DNA from: Dicyema japonicum
Taxonomy: Eukaryota; Animalia; Dicyemida
DNA: 64,000 nt
Assembly (NCBI GenBank): GCA_011109175.1
Contig: RDEW01000016.1
Coordinates: 947,358-1,011,357 of the forward strand
Direction: 5' to 3'
In this document: positions 60,191 through 64,000 of the stretch, piece by piece
Layout: the number at the start of each line of letters is the position of its first letter
How positions within the stretch are numbered: position 1 is the stretch's first letter
Translations under genes and position numbers: made by a program
Notes under the pieces: generated by a model
Told to the model about the DNA's origin: nothing
The model's input: the letters and a program-made list of their open reading frames with translations, nothing else
The model's database searches: none

Positions 60191-61920
60191 AACTGGTTTG
60201 TTGATTTGTAATTTTTTATCTGTGGTTATTGCTGTATCCACTCGAATCACGACTGATTCATTCACCACTACTGATTGCACAGAATGTTTTCAGTTTCTTG
60301 GATTTTTTTATTGCGTATTGTCGGCATAGATGCAAATGTAAGCTGACAACTACTTTATGACGTCGGAGATAGTCACTATTTAGCAATCAAGCACATCTTG
60401 TTGCCAAGTGGTCAACAGTTTTCTTGGCTGAGTTGCAGTGGGTGCAGCTGGCCCCATGATAATCAATAGGTTTCGGTTTTGTGATAGACACAGTATCCTT
60501 CAAATCTGGGAGAGTTGTTCCAGTGTGATAGCCAAAGGGAAGATGCGTCTATCTCGATATTTAAATCACTCAGACAGTGGAATAAGACTCTATGTAGCTG
60601 ATTTTTCTGAATTTCTTTACTATTCAGTTCTTTTGATGTCTTTTAATAAACCGGAACTGAGAATATCAGGCCTTCGAGCTTTATATTTTCGGCATAAAAA
60701 TTCTGCGATTGTGATCATGTGTGTTTTCTTTGATTTGACGATCCGCAGAATCCCTGAATTCCTCAACCAATAACTAGACTTCTTTCCAAGGTCTCGTAGG
60801 AATTGGAGTAGCATCCATTCACTTTTATGTGTAATAGATTCCAATCCATTCCAAGTTGGTTTCTTGGCATATAAAGTCTTTATTCGCTGATTTCAGGTGA
60901 ATCCGATGATTCACAAGGATTTTGCGTATGCTTTTGTCAATCAGTTCATATTCAGTTGGTTCGATGTCAATTAGTCCGATGTAATAGTCATACAAAGATA
61001 GGTCATGTTCGTTTATAGCTTTAAACAAGTTCACTGAGTTTAATTTTGACTTGGCCAGGTTGTCGACCCTTTTTTTAGCTCCATCAAAGATTGACTTTAG
61101 TATTTCATCTTTTAAAACTTTGCTATCTTTATTTTCCAGAACCCGAGGTATCGGTAGCCATCCATTCCATCAATTTTGCTTCAGAACTAGATTTTGGACA
61201 TTTGTAGCTGATTTCTCCGCATTTCTCTCAAGTCCAGCAGCTTGGAAGAAAGTATTAACTTTGTTCATCATTTTCATCATAGTTTCGTCCTTTTGAGAAA
61301 ATATTTTTAAGTCGTCCATAAACAGAAAGTGATTTGTTGTGTATGAAATAGAGCCTCTGCCTGAGTTATCCATAACCACTTTTGGATATTTCGCATTTAA
61401 AATCCTACTCAGTGGTCCCATTATGATTACAAAAATCTGCGGTACAGAGTCATCTGCAGATTTTCCCTTTTCACTCTGAATTCCCTAATTTGTTTCCGAT
61501 TGAAATTCAATTTAATTTTCCACCTCGTGACCAAGTTTTTTTACAAAAGTCACAATCAAGTAGGGGAGTCCAGAGTTATCGAGTACCCGATACAAAAAGT
61601 CATGATCCACTGAATCGAAGGCCTTTTAACGTCCATCCACGCAGAGGCCAAATTATTCCCGTTATGCTGGTTGATGCATTGATTTAATAGTACCTGCTCA
61701 TTATACCCTTGGCACATTCTTCGGTTTCCCAATTGATTGTCACTGATCATATGGTCTGCCTCAATATAGTTTAATAATTTTCTGTTCACACACTTCGTAG
61801 CCAACTTTTGTAGATCGGGTATACACATAATTGGGCTTAGGTTCTTTGGGGTATGGCACAAGTCTTTCTTCAGGATAAGATATGTGATTCCAGTGTAAAA
61901 CCACTCATCCTGCTAAGTCA
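60190..61920 (-). mobile_element. R4/Dong-like retrotransposon (RT + CCHC), frameshifted
   Basis: EWFYTGITYLI, PKNLSPI.C, NQLG.RR.CQG..EQ.LLN, W.DVK, GPLS, FLFMDD, CTHC..TVDHLATRC. Confidence 0.9.
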
Positions 61921-62029
61921 TCTGACAGTACAAAATATAAAAGATCTCCATATTCTGCTTCAGTATCCATTAGAATTGTCTAAACTGCCGATGATTTAAG
62001 CCACGGAAAAAATAAAATTAACTGCATTA

Positions 62030-62450
62030 ACAGCAGCATCCACCGTCTCGCTTAATTTGATTGATTTGGCAATTAACAGCAGCATCCACCGTCTTGGTGA
62101 ATAATACAATCTTGATCAAATTGTGAAGAATTCCAAGAATTTCCATTTCTTTTTGAAGTAATGTAATTATTACCTTTTTGTTCCCAGCCATAGAAGGATC
62201 TGTCGTAATTCCAACAAATTTCAAAGTGGGAGATTTGATTCTGTTAAAATTGCAGTAAATACCCGAAAACGTCGGTTCCTGTCACTGTGGAATGCCACTG
62301 ACAAATTCTTCAAAAAATTGGAATGTTTTCTGTTATCCCTCGTAAAAACGGCAAGTTGAGAAGTATCTCTTCTGTTATATCAAAACTAGACACCTGTGCA
62401 CGTCTATCTCTTCTGGAAGGCCTGTTGCGAGCTTCGAAAAAGTTTTGAAC
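62030..62450 (-). mobile_element. hAT (Buster/Charlie/SPIN-like) transposase remnant
   Basis: FDITEEILL, HSTVTGTDVF, KFVGITTD.PSMAGNKK, CIIHQ. Confidence 0.6.
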
Positions 62451-62492
62451 AAATAAAAACATTTCAGAAAGTGAGTGAATGTTCACATCCGA

Positions 62493-62700
62493 CAAATGCG
62501 GGCTAGAAAATCAGCAGAACAGCATAGCAGTCGGTTAACCTAATTGAGGACACGTACACAACAAATGCGGGCTAAAGAATCAGTAGAACAGCATAGCAGT
62601 CGGTTAACCTAATTGAGGACACGTACTCAACAAATGCGGGCTAAAGAATCAGTAGAACAGCATAGCAGTCGGTTAACTGGATGAGAACACATGCCCAACA
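62493..62700 (+). repeat. 69-bp x3 tandem repeat encoding a degenerate 23-aa STPR-like motif (Helitron-type)
   Basis: Units start at 62493, 62562 and 62631 and translate as (E)SxEQHSSRLT*LRTRTQQMRAK. Confidence 0.7.
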
Positions 62701-62930
62701 AGTCCTGACTTTGGAGGTCCCAGAAAAGACTCAGCGTCGTTTGTCAAATAATCAAAGCTCACGGCAGACCCTGGACAGGGGAGCTAAACCATGTGTCTAG
62801 TATTATATATAAATTTTATGAAGTAAAAAAAGTCAAAATTTTGGTAATGTCAAAGAAGGTAAAATTTAATTTTTAGGTCAATAAAATCAAAATTTTTATT
62901 GATTTTTAAATTTTTATTGATTTTTATTTT

Positions 62931-64000
62931 ATACCTCAGTACGTTTTCGACACTGAGAGGTTACGCTTCGAAGAATCCACCAAATGTCGTTATAGTGCAG
63001 TTCTGAGAGATAGCATCAACAGTATTAACCAAAATCAGCCGACAAACAGCTTATGGGATGAAATAGTGGTTGCTATCCAAAACACAGCCTTTAGTGTGCT
63101 TGGTCACATCACCAAATCTCGTCACAAACAATGTAATCCGGATATCGGACAACTCTCTGTAACACAGAAAGAGCTCAGACTCCGGATGGAAAACACAAAC
63201 GCTCCGGAAGATATCAAAGTACTGCGCACCCAGAGAGGGAGAGTCTTAACGAAGATCAAACAAATACAAAGATTCCTTGCCAAAAATGAAGCTGAGGAGA
63301 AAATCTCAGACATATTAAAGTACAAGAACGGACCAAGAATGTTCAAAGCAATCCGGCTTCTTAGCAGAGAAAACTGTCCAATTTCGTTAACTGTCCATGA
63401 CAACCTTGGTCACGACGTTATCGGGACCATTAACAAAGCAAACGTTCTGGCATCCCATTTTGACCTTATGTTCAACAAACAGGACGCGGCTGACCAAGCA
63501 ATGAAATCTCGGAAGTCTTACAAGTACACTCTAACTAGCCCTATTACCATATCCGAAACTCAACAAGCTATTAAAAAATTAAATACCGGAAGATCTGCCG
63601 GACCAGACTTCATTACTGCAGAACTTTTACAATACGGCCCGGAGGAGCTAATTGAAATGATTACTAACATTTTCAACCGGTCTCTCGAGGGTGCAGATGA
63701 ACTGGAACTGGGAAAAGGGTGGCTAATTCCACTACAAAAACCGGGAAAAAGTAAAGGCCCCCCTCACAACTTCAGACCTATTATACTCCTAACCTCCATA
63801 CGAAAAACATTATCCCTCATTGCTTTAAACCGAATAAAGGAGAGGGTGAACATATTTCTTTCGGACGGCCAAAGTGGATTCCGGACGGGCAGGTCCACGG
63901 CTGACGTGGTATGGGGGCACAGGTGGTATTGTGCCCTGTGCCAAAAATACAAAAAATCTATTGAGATACTTGGTATCGACATGTCCCGTGCGTTCGACTC
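62931..64000 (+). mobile_element. RTE-like LINE, 5'-truncated, RT frame open to the window end
   Basis: No stop from ~62931 to 64000: KLNTGRSAGPDFITAELLQYG, LIPLQKPGK..NFRPIILL, QSGFRTGRST, LGIDMSRAFD. Confidence 0.92.

Larger units (their letters stand above)
43475..61417 (+). repeat. segmental tandem duplication, unit 2
   Basis: Colinear copy of 20201-43474 with private insertions (48736-49300, 57321-57717) and missing segments (equivalents of 32790-33330, 34131-34590, 35901-41549). Confidence 0.93.

Noticed and set aside
62493-62700. CRISPR-like array, or evidence for TAA-to-Gln reassignment
   Set aside because: The repeats are contiguous with no unique spacers in a eukaryotic context; HPRT terminates on TAA and no host gene here needs TAA or TAG read as sense

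Overview
AT-rich eukaryotic nuclear scaffold with three N-gaps (2269-2796, 8799-9197, 10725-11189) and single-n joins, dominated by decayed transposable elements. Three host genes can be reconstructed by hand, and the ORF track misses all of them because they are split by 21-26 nt GT-AG micro-introns: an intact mitochondrial 5-aminolevulinate synthase (18187-19663, minus), HPRT (27273-28027, minus) and the R-SNARE Ykt6 (30855-31574, plus). HPRT and Ykt6 recur in a tandem duplication (unit 1 ~20201-43474, unit 2 ~43475-61417), and both copies of each are one base short at the same position. The code is standard (TAA and TGA stops). The tiny introns at apparently animal-type positions suggest a reduced parasite such as a dicyemid, but this is inference. 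Mobile elements include RTE-like, I/Jockey-like, CRE-like and R4/Dong-like non-LTR retrotransposons, a tRNA-derived SINE family, and pogo/Tigger, IS630/Tc1-like, hAT, Ginger-like and Helitron-type (STPR) remnants. The most notable observations are the micro-intron system, a TSD-bounded PHD-finger CRE-like retroelement nested in a pogo element, a perfect 34-bp snap-back hairpin at a retro-insertion 5' junction, and a covarying RNA stem enclosing the stop codon of one LINE family. All protein family calls come from motif recognition by eye, not database searches.
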